The translations under genes and the position numbers were made by a program. Below are positions 1 to 8,600 of a stretch of 64,000 bases of DNA, piece by piece (the first letter of the stretch is position 1; each line of letters starts with the position of its first letter). Below the pieces are notes generated by a model. That model saw only the letters and a program-made list of their open reading frames with translations, ran no database searches and was not told the DNA's origin. Origin of the DNA: Parcubacteria group bacterium (GTDB lineage Bacteria; Patescibacteriota; Minisyncoccia; 2-02-FULL-40-12; IGHO2-01-FULL-4-A); contig JBDRCU010000057.1 in NCBI GenBank assembly GCA_043821485.1, forward strand, positions 598-64,597, written 5' to 3'.

Positions 1-97
1 CAAGGAACTTAAGTGCTTCACCATCAAACCCACTTTTATTAACCCCTGACATTGTTTCACCACTAATTTTGAGTAATACTCTTTTTTGTTTAGACAT
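1..97 (-). CDS. pyrH: UMP kinase, 5' part (runs off window edge)
   Basis: Manual translation MSKQKRVLLKISGETMSGVNKSGFDGEALKFL matches the KRVLLKxSGE N-terminus of PyrH. Confidence 0.85.
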   Translation of the reverse strand, partial: MSKQKRVLLKISGETMSGVNKSGFDGEALKFL

Positions 98-109
98 GTA
101 TTTATTATA

Positions 110-874
110 TCAGTAGCAGGGGCGAGACTCGAACTCGCAACCCCCAGTATATGATACTGGTGCTCTAACCAGTTGAGCTACCCTGCCATTACTATCTGCT
201 TTTATGCTTGATTTTAGTAGGCCATTAAGCAGTCCAAGTATTTTATAGAAGATTTTGGTTCCTTGCAATATCCTGAAATGCAATGTTCCATAATGATCAT
301 CATAGTTTTCGTATACCTTTCTTTGTTTAGATTTTATGAATGTAGTTTTCCTGAATTGTTCGAGGGGCATATTTAGATAATCAGACCAATATTTTTTTAC
401 AATTTGTTCTCGTTTTGTGTGCATTACATTTATAAATACTGTTGGGGCAATTCTTTCATGAGTGATATCAAAGAACTTCATAAACCATTCTATCATAAAT
501 ACAATAACTCTGGGATCTGAGTTGGTGAAACCAAGTCTGCCTTTTGAGCCTTCGCCTAGATAAAGAGCTAAGCCAGCAACAAAAAATTCATTTTTAGACA
601 TTTTAGACATTTGTTCAATGCCTTCTTTCTCATACTCTTGCATAATTGCTATACGTCTATTTTTCTGTTTCAATGCGCCATTTAATTGGCCACGTCTAAT
701 GCCAGCTTGTTTTCGTGCAAGAAGTCTTTGTATCTGGAGCTCAGTTAGCTCTATATCTCTACACCATTCACTAGTAGTGCTTTTTGAGATTGAGACTAAA
801 AGGGCTATTTCTTTTATGCTTTTACCTGTGTGTCTTAATTGTCTGGCTTTTATTCTTTCTTGAGATTTCGCCAT
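110..874 (-). CDS. HTH plus LAGLIDADG-like domain protein; reading frame runs through the adjacent tRNA
   Basis: N-terminal HTH (GKSIKEIALLVSISKSTTSEWCRDI); FVAGLALYLGEGSK then FTNSDP is LAGLIDADG-like; last ~25 aa are the translated tRNA. Confidence 0.7.
   Translation of the reverse strand: MAKSQERIKARQLRHTGKSIKEIALLVSISKSTTSEWCRDIELTELQIQRLLARKQAGIRRGQLNGALKQKNRRIAIMQEYEKEGIEQMSKMSKNEFFVAGLALYLGEGSKGRLGFTNSDPRVIVFMIEWFMKFFDITHERIAPTVFINVMHTKREQIVKKYWSDYLNMPLEQFRKTTFIKSKQRKVYENYDDHYGTLHFRILQGTKIFYKILGLLNGLLKSSIKADSNGRVAQLVRAPVSYTGGCEFESRPCY
114..187 (-). tRNA. tRNA with CAT anticodon (elongator Met or Ile2)
   Basis: GGCAGGGTAGCTCAACTGGTTAGAGCA-CCAGT-ATCATAT-ACTGG-GGGTTGCGAGTTCGAGTCTCGCCCCTGCTA folds as a cloverleaf; CCA not encoded. 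Confidence 0.9.
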
Positions 875-999
875 AGAACCTAAGAGTTATACCTATATTA
901 AATTATATGTTAGGTTCGTATATATTACAAGTTAAGAACCTTGAGCTTGATTTTTATTATAAATTCCATTATAGTAAGATTTACAATTGAATATATTAT

Positions 1000-1279
1000 C
1001 GCGGGGTGGAGCAGTCCGGTAGCTCGTTGGGCTCATAAGTAATTGTGACCCATTGTAGTAATACAATGTGGAAAAACTCCCGAAATTGCTGGAAACCCTA
1101 ATCTGTTTAAAACAGACGGGCAATCAGCAGCCAAGTCCTGAGAGTAATCGAAGGAAAGGTTCAGAGACTATAATGGGAGGACCCTACTCTTTTGAGGGGT
1201 CGTGGGATAGTCCGAACCTCCGAGTAATCGGAGTAACATTAGAACCCAAAGGTCGTTGGTTCAAATCCAACCCCCGCAA
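1000..1279 (+). tRNA. Initiator tRNA-fMet(CAT) split by a group I intron (exons 1000-1036 and 1243-1279)
   Basis: Spliced sequence CGCGGGGTGGAGCAGTCCGGTAGCTCGTTGGGCTCAT/AACCCAAAGGTCGTTGGTTCAAATCCAACCCCCGCAA; C1:A72 mismatch and GGG/CCC anticodon-stem pairs mark an initiator. Confidence 0.93.
1037..1242 (+). ncRNA. Group I intron, 206 nt, no ORF, inserted directly 3' of the anticodon (36/37)
   Basis: P (AAATTGCTGGAAA), Q (AATCAGCAG), R (TCAGAGACTA) and S (GATAGTCC) elements; 5' exon ends in U pairing with G of the guide GTGACCC; intron ends in G. Confidence 0.9.
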
Positions 1280-1285
1280 CAAAGC

Positions 1286-1318
1286 AAATCACCCTTATTT
1301 TATAGGGGTGATTTTTGT
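1286..1318 (+). terminator. Intrinsic terminator after tRNA-fMet
   Basis: AAATCACCCT...GGGGTGATTTTT hairpin with U-tract; 29/33 nt identical to the one after tmRNA. Confidence 0.75.
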
Positions 1319-1394
1319 AAGGGTATTGATGGTTTGAACTTGTTTGTATCATAAATTGTATCGTGTTATTTTAATTATATTCAAGGAGGCGCAG

Positions 1395-1520
1395 ATGCTC
1401 GAGTTACTCTGGTTTGCTTTCGTCAAGCTTCTTCTTCCAGGAATAATTCTGGGAGCAGTTCTCGGAGCTCTTGTCGTCACATACATCCACCGCAAGCAGT
1501 TGCAGGAGCAGAATGGATGA
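1395..1520 (+). CDS. 41-aa single-TM small protein
   Basis: AAGGAGG SD upstream; MLELLWFAFVKLLLPGIILGAVLGALVVTYIHRKQLQEQNG; below the ORF track cutoff. Confidence 0.6.
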   Translation: MLELLWFAFVKLLLPGIILGAVLGALVVTYIHRKQLQEQNG

Positions 1521-1663
1521 AAGACGAAGAGAAAAAGAAACGTGAAAAGCTGTATGAAGAGAGGCTTCGAGCGTGGGATGAACGACTTCGTCCTCAGCAG
1601 GAGGCTCTCGAGAGTAGTGAACGACTGACGGCTGAGGATTACGCCGTTGTCATCAACACATAG
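1517..1663 (+). CDS. 48-aa charged small protein
   Basis: ATGA overlap with the upstream ORF, CAGGAG SD; MKDEEKKKREKLYEERLRAWDERLRPQQEALESSERLTAEDYAVVINT. Confidence 0.55.
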   Translation: MKDEEKKKREKLYEERLRAWDERLRPQQEALESSERLTAEDYAVVINT

Positions 1664-1694
1664 GAGGGTCTGTATAGTACCAAATCATGACCGC

Positions 1695-1754
1695 CGTAAA
1701 GACCGCCTGAACCTAGAAAGGAGGTAGCGTCAGTACGGGCGGTCTTTACGTTTT
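1695..1754 (+). terminator. 13-bp GC stem with 30-nt loop and U-tract
   Basis: CGTAAAGACCGCC (1695-1707) and GGCGGTCTTTACG (1738-1750) form a perfect inverted repeat followed by TTTT. Confidence 0.65.
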
Positions 1755-2018
1755 ATACCTATTCTCTAACAAACTCATACCTCCAATAGCCTATATTCTG
1801 CATTAAACAAGTTCTAAACCTCTCAATCCCCCGCAACAAATTAAATCACCCAAATAGATAGGGAGTATTTCCAAATCCTGAGTTTTTTGTTAGGTTGTTA
1901 TTAAGGACCCAGGAGGTCTTGAGGGGTCTTGTGTACCCCTGTGTGGGTCGCCAGCGTCAACTGGAGGCCCACACATACATTCTATTATTAAATATTGGTA
2001 TAAATTTAGATATATATT

Positions 2019-2591
2019 ATGCAGGAAAAGCCACCCCAAAGGAAAAGCGATAAAAAAGAGAAGGTACTAAGTGCAGGAGATAAGAAACTATTTCAGGATA
2101 AACTAGCCATTATAAAGGGTATGGCTGTGCCAGATGTGCCGCCAGGATATGAAATTACATCTGATCAGGAGGAAGTTTTGAAAGGTTGGAATCTCGAGCC
2201 ACCGCGTACTAAAGCTCTTGCTAAATCTATGATGGAGTATGTAATGAGCGCTGAAGGCATGAGGGGTAAAGATAGTGGATTGAAAGATGAACGAATTCAA
2301 GACATATTGAAACTTCAGGAAGAATATCCGCGAGGGTCTATTGTAGTATGTAAGGAGGGAAAGGAACTCGAACCAGTTGTTGTGCTTGATGTGCTCTGTA
2401 GAAGCCCCAAAAGAAGAAGAGATATTCAACTGTATATGTCTGGTGAAAAGGGAGTTAGATTGAATAATCCAGTTGTTCATTTTGAATTGGTGGTTATGTT
2501 TAGGTCTGATCCTCGAGAACCGAAAATAAAACCAAGATCCTTTTTTAGGATTAGAAAATTAGATCAGGTTTTGGGTTCTGATCAAACGTAA
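2019..2591 (+). CDS. Hypothetical protein
   Basis: 190-aa ORF ending at a bidirectional terminator; no recognised motif. Confidence 0.6.
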   Translation: MQEKPPQRKSDKKEKVLSAGDKKLFQDKLAIIKGMAVPDVPPGYEITSDQEEVLKGWNLEPPRTKALAKSMMEYVMSAEGMRGKDSGLKDERIQDILKLQEEYPRGSIVVCKEGKELEPVVVLDVLCRSPKRRRDIQLYMSGEKGVRLNNPVVHFELVVMFRSDPREPKIKPRSFFRIRKLDQVLGSDQT

Positions 2592-2609
2592 GTAAATAGA
2601 TATCTGAGT

Positions 2610-2645
2610 AATATAAAACAGCCCTAAAGGGCTGTTTTATATTGG
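2610..2645. terminator. Bidirectional terminator
   Basis: AATATAAAACAGCCC-TAAA-GGGCTGTTTTATATT between convergent genes. Confidence 0.8.
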
Positions 2646-2654
2646 TCTTATTGG

Positions 2655-4145
2655 TTATTGTGTTGGTGGTTGTTGTGGTGGTACCTGCGGGGGGACTGTA
2701 GGAGGTGCTGGTGGCGGTGATTGAGGAGGCTGTATTTGCTGAGGTGGTATAGTCGGTGGCTGTACTGGAGGTTGTGGCTGTTGTGGCGGCATGCTTGTTG
2801 GTGTACCCGAACCACTACCTCGTTTCATAAGTAGGATGATTACTATGACTATAACGATAACTGCTCCTCCGATGATCAGCCACAGATAGAGAGGTAAGCC
2901 AAGAATTTCTTTTGATAGGCCTGTTTTTTCGTCTGTATCATCTTTGCCATCAATTTCTGCTGTAGGCGTCGGGGAGTTTGTACTTGAAATCGGTTCCCCA
3001 TATTCATCAACGGGTTCTATCTTGAATGACGAATCTTTATGCATCGTTGTATAGTCATTTCCTACAAGGATATACAGAGATGATTCATCTATTTCTAGAT
3101 AGTTGGAAAGGCTATAGAATGGCAATTGGTCTCTTCCTTTCATTCTTCCATCTGCATATTGCACAAAGTATTCAGTTTTACTCCATTCGCCAGTTGACGT
3201 TATTCTTTTTATTTTCTGTCTGTCAGCGATGTGCATTATCATGACTATGCTTGGAGAGGAGCTTTCACTGGCTGGTACGAATGTATCGGTTTTTGCATCG
3301 TATTTTATATGTTCATCCGTATTTCTAAGCGTTATCTTGTATATTGCGTCTGGTTCCATATTAAATTTGAAATAGTCAAAGTCTCCTTCTCTTTGATGGT
3401 GATCTAATTGGTATTCACCGACTGTAACTGGCACTGCATCCGTAAAGCCATTGCCTCCCCTGACTCTTGTTTTCTCTATTGACGGATCTGTACTGGATTT
3501 ATCTATCCCTTGCTCCGTAGTAATAGCTCCGAGACTTGATTGCAGTGAAGCAGTATCACTAGCATCAAAGTATTTACCACATCCTAAATCAGCTACCCCT
3601 TGTAATTGGCTTCTTGTGGCGGAGTCTACTCCGAGACCCACGACGAAGCTTTTAACATTTATCCCTGCATCACATAGCGCCTTGGCTGCTGTTGCTGGAT
3701 TGCCTCCGCATGTCTCAAGGCCATCTGACAGTAGTATTAAAGTATTATCTTCTCCTGGGACAAAGTCATTGGCTGCTTGCTGTAATGCATATGCTGTGGG
3801 AGTATAGTTGCCTACTGCTTGAATACTATTAACCTTGTTTATCACTGATTGGTGGTTTGTAGTAAATGATTGGAGTAAATCAGTAACAATACATGCTTGT
3901 CCTTTATCTGATTTCGATATATGAGCATAAGCTCTTAATCCTGAATTGATTGATGAATCAAATCCTGAAAGAAGATCATTTACAGCTGCTTTAGCTGCAT
4001 CTATACGTGTTGTTCCTCCAAAACTATCAAGCATTGATCCTGATGCATCAAATACGATTAATACATTTTGATTAGCTGCGTTGGCGGTAGAAGATAATGC
4101 AAATCCAGCAATAATGATTATCAGAAATATTATTAATTTTTTCAT
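2655..4145 (-). CDS. Secreted vWA-domain protein with C-terminal TM and Pro/Gln-rich tail
   Basis: Signal peptide, MIDAS motif DASGSM, LLSDG(L)ETCGG, TM segment near the C-terminus. Confidence 0.85.
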   Translation of the reverse strand: MKKLIIFLIIIIAGFALSSTANAANQNVLIVFDASGSMLDSFGGTTRIDAAKAAVNDLLSGFDSSINSGLRAYAHISKSDKGQACIVTDLLQSFTTNHQSVINKVNSIQAVGNYTPTAYALQQAANDFVPGEDNTLILLSDGLETCGGNPATAAKALCDAGINVKSFVVGLGVDSATRSQLQGVADLGCGKYFDASDTASLQSSLGAITTEQGIDKSSTDPSIEKTRVRGGNGFTDAVPVTVGEYQLDHHQREGDFDYFKFNMEPDAIYKITLRNTDEHIKYDAKTDTFVPASESSSPSIVMIMHIADRQKIKRITSTGEWSKTEYFVQYADGRMKGRDQLPFYSLSNYLEIDESSLYILVGNDYTTMHKDSSFKIEPVDEYGEPISSTNSPTPTAEIDGKDDTDEKTGLSKEILGLPLYLWLIIGGAVIVIVIVIILLMKRGSGSGTPTSMPPQQPQPPVQPPTIPPQQIQPPQSPPPAPPTVPPQVPPQQPPTQ

Positions 4146-4175
4146 AAAGAATGTTAGTTAACTATTGTTGAGTTA

Positions 4176-4637
4176 TTACTGGACTAAAAGACTTCCAACA
4201 TTTACAGCTGATCCGCAGCCAATTGTTATAGTATAAGGGGTACTGTCGGCTTTTGCCTGGACTATTTTAAATCCAAGTCCGGGTATTTGATACGCAAAGC
4301 CATCCAAGGAAACCCATCTTGCATCCCCTGAACGATTATCAAGCATTATGTTTGTTCCGTTTAGAAGAGACAACCTCCCAGGACTTACCTGACAGTTTGC
4401 GTCAAATTGCAGTCTTGTGCCTGCAAATTGTACGAGTGCTTCCTCATAGGTAAGGCCAGAAGTCTGTGATGAAGGAGCTCGAGGCGTACTAGTCTTAGGG
4501 GGACTGCTAGGTGTCTCCGTTGGAGTCTCAACTAGAGTATCCTCATCTTCATTTGCTGTTCGCTCCGGACCCATAGCCAGAACTATGATAATTGCAAGAA
4601 TTAATATTATTACAATTACTATAAATGATTTGCTCAT
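4176..4637 (-). CDS. Membrane-anchored hypothetical protein (possible cupredoxin-like domain)
   Basis: N-terminal TM, Pro/Thr/Ser linker, beta-rich C-terminal domain with two Cys. Confidence 0.65.
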   Translation of the reverse strand: MSKSFIVIVIILILAIIIVLAMGPERTANEDEDTLVETPTETPSSPPKTSTPRAPSSQTSGLTYEEALVQFAGTRLQFDANCQVSPGRLSLLNGTNIMLDNRSGDARWVSLDGFAYQIPGLGFKIVQAKADSTPYTITIGCGSAVNVGSLLVQ

Positions 4638-4707
4638 ATTAAATTACGCCAAAGACGTTTTAGTTATATAGCTATATTTTACAATAGAGTGAAAGATAAA
4701 GGAAATG

Positions 4708-5433
4708 TTATCGAAAGATCGATCCTAATAATAGGTAGTATATCGAAGAAAACAGTGTGCTTGGTATGAGCATCGATTGGTTCTGATTTTGATCGGTTAC
4801 TATTATCGTACCGTTATTAGTTGGATGTAGGTGATCGTGATAATCCCATCTGCCTGCAAATTCAAATTCGAATGTCCATGATTGGCCAGGCTCCATATTA
4901 GTACATGCATCAAATGTACTCATAAGACAGCCATAACGTCCAGGATATGCATCGTGTGTATAATGAGGATTACTTGCAGGTCTTATTGTCTCAAATGAGT
5001 TATTTTTAAATTCTATAGAATCTCCTATTTCTATAGTTACTGTATTTGGTGCAAAGCCATAGCTGGTACGTTCGACTATGATTGTTTGAGGTGTTGGTTC
5101 TGGCGTCGGTGTTATGGTTGGCTCTGGTGTTGATTCTGAAGTGGGCGTAGGTTCGTCAGTTGGCTCTGATGTAAGTGTCGGAGTTGGTATTGGTGTTGCT
5201 TCCGGAGTTGGTTCAGGTGCACTGCTTACTGTTTCTGTAGGAGTTGGAATTTGGGTGGCCTGTGGAGGTGTTTGTGCTGGAACTAGTACTGTCTCGACTG
5301 GAGTCTCTATTGGCTCTTCCGTGTTTAGTGTTGGGGTAAGATCATCTCCTGCTAATTTGTCATCCTTTTGCATAAATACGAAAATCAGCGCTATTACTAT
5401 TACAGCAACTACTATTATGATATTTGTTTTCAT
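4708..5433 (-). CDS. Membrane-anchored cupredoxin-like protein with Pro/Thr linker
   Basis: FAPNTVTIEIGDSIEFKN, ASNPHYTH, GRWDYHDHLHP...GTIIV. Confidence 0.75.
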   Translation of the reverse strand: MKTNIIIVVAVIVIALIFVFMQKDDKLAGDDLTPTLNTEEPIETPVETVLVPAQTPPQATQIPTPTETVSSAPEPTPEATPIPTPTLTSEPTDEPTPTSESTPEPTITPTPEPTPQTIIVERTSYGFAPNTVTIEIGDSIEFKNNSFETIRPASNPHYTHDAYPGRYGCLMSTFDACTNMEPGQSWTFEFEFAGRWDYHDHLHPTNNGTIIVTDQNQNQSMLIPSTLFSSIYYLLLGSIFR

Positions 5434-5442
5434 ACTTCTATT

Positions 5443-8349
5443 CTAATTGCAAACGCCTGTTGTTGCAAAGCAATTTGGGCATGAGTAGCAAGATCCAGCC
5501 CTAAACATTATGGTTCCGCATTCACATGTAGGGGCGTCTGTATGTGATTCTTCTACTTTGAGATTCCAAGGATCGTCTTTTTTACTGGTTGAAGCGAGTG
5601 TTGCAGTAGGAGTACTTGATTCTTTGGTTTTGCCATTTAGTATCTTTCCAAAAAGTTCTTTTTGATCCTCTGCGCTAAGGAATTTAAAGCCTAGGTATGT
5701 AAATATATAGTCTACAAATGAAGTTGAAAACGGAATTTCATTATTTTGTGTTGGTCCCATTGGTTCGAATCTCATATTTTTGAAATGTCTGACTAGTGTT
5801 TTAAGCGGTACTCCTGATTGCAGACAAATTGATGTTAGCTTTGCAATTGCATCCATGAGACCAGAGACCGTACTTCCTTCTTTTGCAATAGTTATGAAAG
5901 TCTCTGCCGGCTTACGGCTTTCTGGATACATTCCCACCGTTATGTACCCTTCGTGTTTGCCAACTGTGAACTTATGAGTAATAGACGGACGTTCGTCTGG
6001 AAGTTTGATTCTGGTATGGCCGTTTATTTGTTCAACGAGTTTTTTTTCTTTATCGCTCGTACTAAGGGCTTGTACGGTTTTGGATCCATCTCTATAGATT
6101 GCCATTGCTTTAAGTCCAAGTTTCCATGATTGTACAAATGCATCACGTACATCTTCTTTGGTAGCATCATTCGGCAGATTGATTGTTTTGGAAATTGCTC
6201 CGGAGATGAAGGGTTGAGCAGCACTCATCATCTTGATGTGTCCGAGATAATCAATGCTTCGCTTTCCTTCTGCTGGTTTGAAAGAACAATCGAACACTGG
6301 CATGTCTTCTTCCTTCATATGTGGTGCGCCTTCAAGCATTCCTTTCTCAAGAATGTATGCAGAAATATCTTTGATGTCCTGTTCTTCGTAACCCAGCTTC
6401 TCAAGAGCTAACGGCACAAGATTGTTAACAAGTTTGAGCGTTCCGCCTCCAACGAGCTTTTTGTATTTAACAAGTGCAAGTTCTGGTTCTATCCCTGTTG
6501 TCGCGCAGTCCATTAAGAAAGATATCGTACCCGTTGGTGCAAGTACTGTTGCTTGTGAGTTACGAAAACCATATTGTTCTCCCAATGCATATGCATTTTT
6601 CCAAATTTGTTCACTTACATCTATTAAATCTGATACCCATGAGCTATTCATTAAAACTATATCTGTTGTAGATGACAATGTTACCGTCGGAGTTGATCCA
6701 TTCATTGTGACACGCGCTACTCCGGGTGAGACGCCATTTCCATTTCCATTGAGATGTCCGTTAGTATCTGTTGCTTTGCGATAATTTTGTGCAAGAGTTT
6801 CCGCTGCACGGCCGTGTTTTTTGATAACTCTAAGCATTTCATTACGATTCATTTCATAGCCATTGAAAGGTCCTATGCGTCCTGCTATTACAGCTGACAT
6901 GCGATAAGCTTCTCCCGACATTATTGATGTTAATGCTGCTGCAATTGTACGTCCTTCGTCAGAATCATAAGGTAGGCCAAGAGCCATAAGGAGCGCTCCT
7001 AAATTAGCATATCCAAGGCCAAGCTGTCGAAAGTCATGCGCGGTTTTTTCTATTTCAGGCGTTGGATATGAAGAATTGCTGATTAGTATCTCTTGAGCTG
7101 TTATCATTGTCTTTGCTGTGTTTTTATATCCTTCGATATCATAAGTTCCATCTTCTTTAAGGAATTTGAGTAGATTTATGGAAGCCAGATTGCAAGCACT
7201 ATTGTCTAAGCTCATATATTCGCTGCAAGGGTTAGACGCATTAATGCGTCCTGAATTTGGACATGTGTGCCAGTCGTTGATTATCGTATCGAATTGCATT
7301 CCTGGATCTGCGGAATGCCAGGCTGCATCTGCAATCCAGTCCATGACCTTGCCTGCTTTAAGAGTCTGAGCTACATTTCCTGTTGTGACTTCATTTAAAT
7401 TCCAATCGGCATCACTTTCTACCGCTTTCATAAATTCATCAGTAACACGTACGGAATTGTTTGCATTTTGATAAGGCAGTAAAGTGTAGGGATCGAACAA
7501 GTCTCCTTCAATTGAATTCTGAACTCCGCTTGCTTCAAGCACCTTTACCATGTCTTCAATATTTCTTTTGCAATATATGAAGTCTTTGATGTCGGGATGA
7601 TCAGCATTTAAAACTACCATTTTTGCTGCGCGTCTTGTTGTTCCGCCAGAACGAATACTATTTGCAACACCATCAGCTCCTTTCATGAATGAAACGGGAC
7701 CGGATGATTTGCCTCCCCTTGAAAGAGATTCCTGTGACGATCGAAGCTTGGAAAGATTTGCTCCTGACCCAGAACCATATTTAAAAATCCATCCCTCATC
7801 ATGATACCACTTTAAGATGGATTCCATTGTGTCTTCTACTGCAAGGATAAAACATGCAGAGCATTGCGGACGTTCATATACTCCGACATTAAACCAAACA
7901 GGACTATTGAAAGCTGCAAATTGATTTATTAAAAGATATTTAAGATCTTGTTTGAAGTTTTCGTAGTCAATTTGTGTTTTGAAATATCCGTCTTTGAATC
8001 CCCATCCTGAAATTGTATTTGCAACACGGTCAACCATGGCACGCGCGCTAGTCTCGCGTTCAGGCGTATCGAGTTTGCCACGGAAGTATTTGGAAGCAAC
8101 AATATCTATTGCTGTTTGCGACCAGAATTCCGGCACCTCAATATCAAGTTGTTCAAAAACAACAGAACCGTCTCCGCGGGTAATTTTTGCATTTCTTTTT
8201 TCCCAAGAGATTGCATCATACGGATCATTGGAGCCGAAAATTCTTTTCCATGTTAATCCTTCTCCGCGTTGAGAGGATGTAAATCGTTCAGAAGAGGCAT
8301 CTGAAGTATCAACGGTGTCGGGATTTTGCAGAGTGTGAGATCTTGTCAT
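5443..8349 (-). CDS. nrdJ: Class II (B12-dependent) ribonucleotide reductase
   Basis: FNSPVWFN, CSACFI, SNPCSEY radical Cys, LAPTGTIS, AISKTIN, YRDGSK, C-terminal Zn ribbon. Confidence 0.95.
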   Translation of the reverse strand: MTRSHTLQNPDTVDTSDASSERFTSSQRGEGLTWKRIFGSNDPYDAISWEKRNAKITRGDGSVVFEQLDIEVPEFWSQTAIDIVASKYFRGKLDTPERETSARAMVDRVANTISGWGFKDGYFKTQIDYENFKQDLKYLLINQFAAFNSPVWFNVGVYERPQCSACFILAVEDTMESILKWYHDEGWIFKYGSGSGANLSKLRSSQESLSRGGKSSGPVSFMKGADGVANSIRSGGTTRRAAKMVVLNADHPDIKDFIYCKRNIEDMVKVLEASGVQNSIEGDLFDPYTLLPYQNANNSVRVTDEFMKAVESDADWNLNEVTTGNVAQTLKAGKVMDWIADAAWHSADPGMQFDTIINDWHTCPNSGRINASNPCSEYMSLDNSACNLASINLLKFLKEDGTYDIEGYKNTAKTMITAQEILISNSSYPTPEIEKTAHDFRQLGLGYANLGALLMALGLPYDSDEGRTIAAALTSIMSGEAYRMSAVIAGRIGPFNGYEMNRNEMLRVIKKHGRAAETLAQNYRKATDTNGHLNGNGNGVSPGVARVTMNGSTPTVTLSSTTDIVLMNSSWVSDLIDVSEQIWKNAYALGEQYGFRNSQATVLAPTGTISFLMDCATTGIEPELALVKYKKLVGGGTLKLVNNLVPLALEKLGYEEQDIKDISAYILEKGMLEGAPHMKEEDMPVFDCSFKPAEGKRSIDYLGHIKMMSAAQPFISGAISKTINLPNDATKEDVRDAFVQSWKLGLKAMAIYRDGSKTVQALSTSDKEKKLVEQINGHTRIKLPDERPSITHKFTVGKHEGYITVGMYPESRKPAETFITIAKEGSTVSGLMDAIAKLTSICLQSGVPLKTLVRHFKNMRFEPMGPTQNNEIPFSTSFVDYIFTYLGFKFLSAEDQKELFGKILNGKTKESSTPTATLASTSKKDDPWNLKVEESHTDAPTCECGTIMFRAGSCYSCPNCFATTGVCN

Positions 8350-8600
8350 AAAAATTATTTAAATAACTTATTTGAATAAGTTATTTGTGAATAAAACAAC
8401 ACACTCTGCGTCCTTGAGTATGCTGTTGTATAAAGGCTAACCCGCGAGTCGTTCATCTTCACCCACGACTCATGTCTACCTATTGTACTTCTCAAAGGCA
8501 AGCTATACAACTGTTGATAACCTCGCCTCAATTGAGTAATTTTTATCAAAAAATCAAAAAACACGCGTATTGTGCGTGTTTTCTTAAAAAGGCCTTAAGA

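Larger units (their letters stand above)
1271..1851. mobile_element. Small islet at the tRNA-fMet 3' end bounded by att-like direct repeats
   Basis: CCCCCGCAACAAA-nn-AAATCACCC at 1271-1294 and 1828-1851; imperfect inverted repeat 1320-1345 / 1805-1831; no integrase inside. Confidence 0.65.

Noticed and set aside
1068-1337. 89-aa ORF inside the intron as a homing endonuclease
   Set aside because: Too short, has no nuclease motif, and simply reads through the ribozyme core and tRNA exon 2
5090-5320. Tandem repeats in Pro/Thr- and Pro/Gln-rich stretches (also 2660-2800 and 42760-43360)
   Set aside because: Explained by low-complexity protein linkers with varied codons
5443-8349. Intein in NrdJ
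   Set aside because: The insertion is short and lacks intein terminal residues and endonuclease motifs
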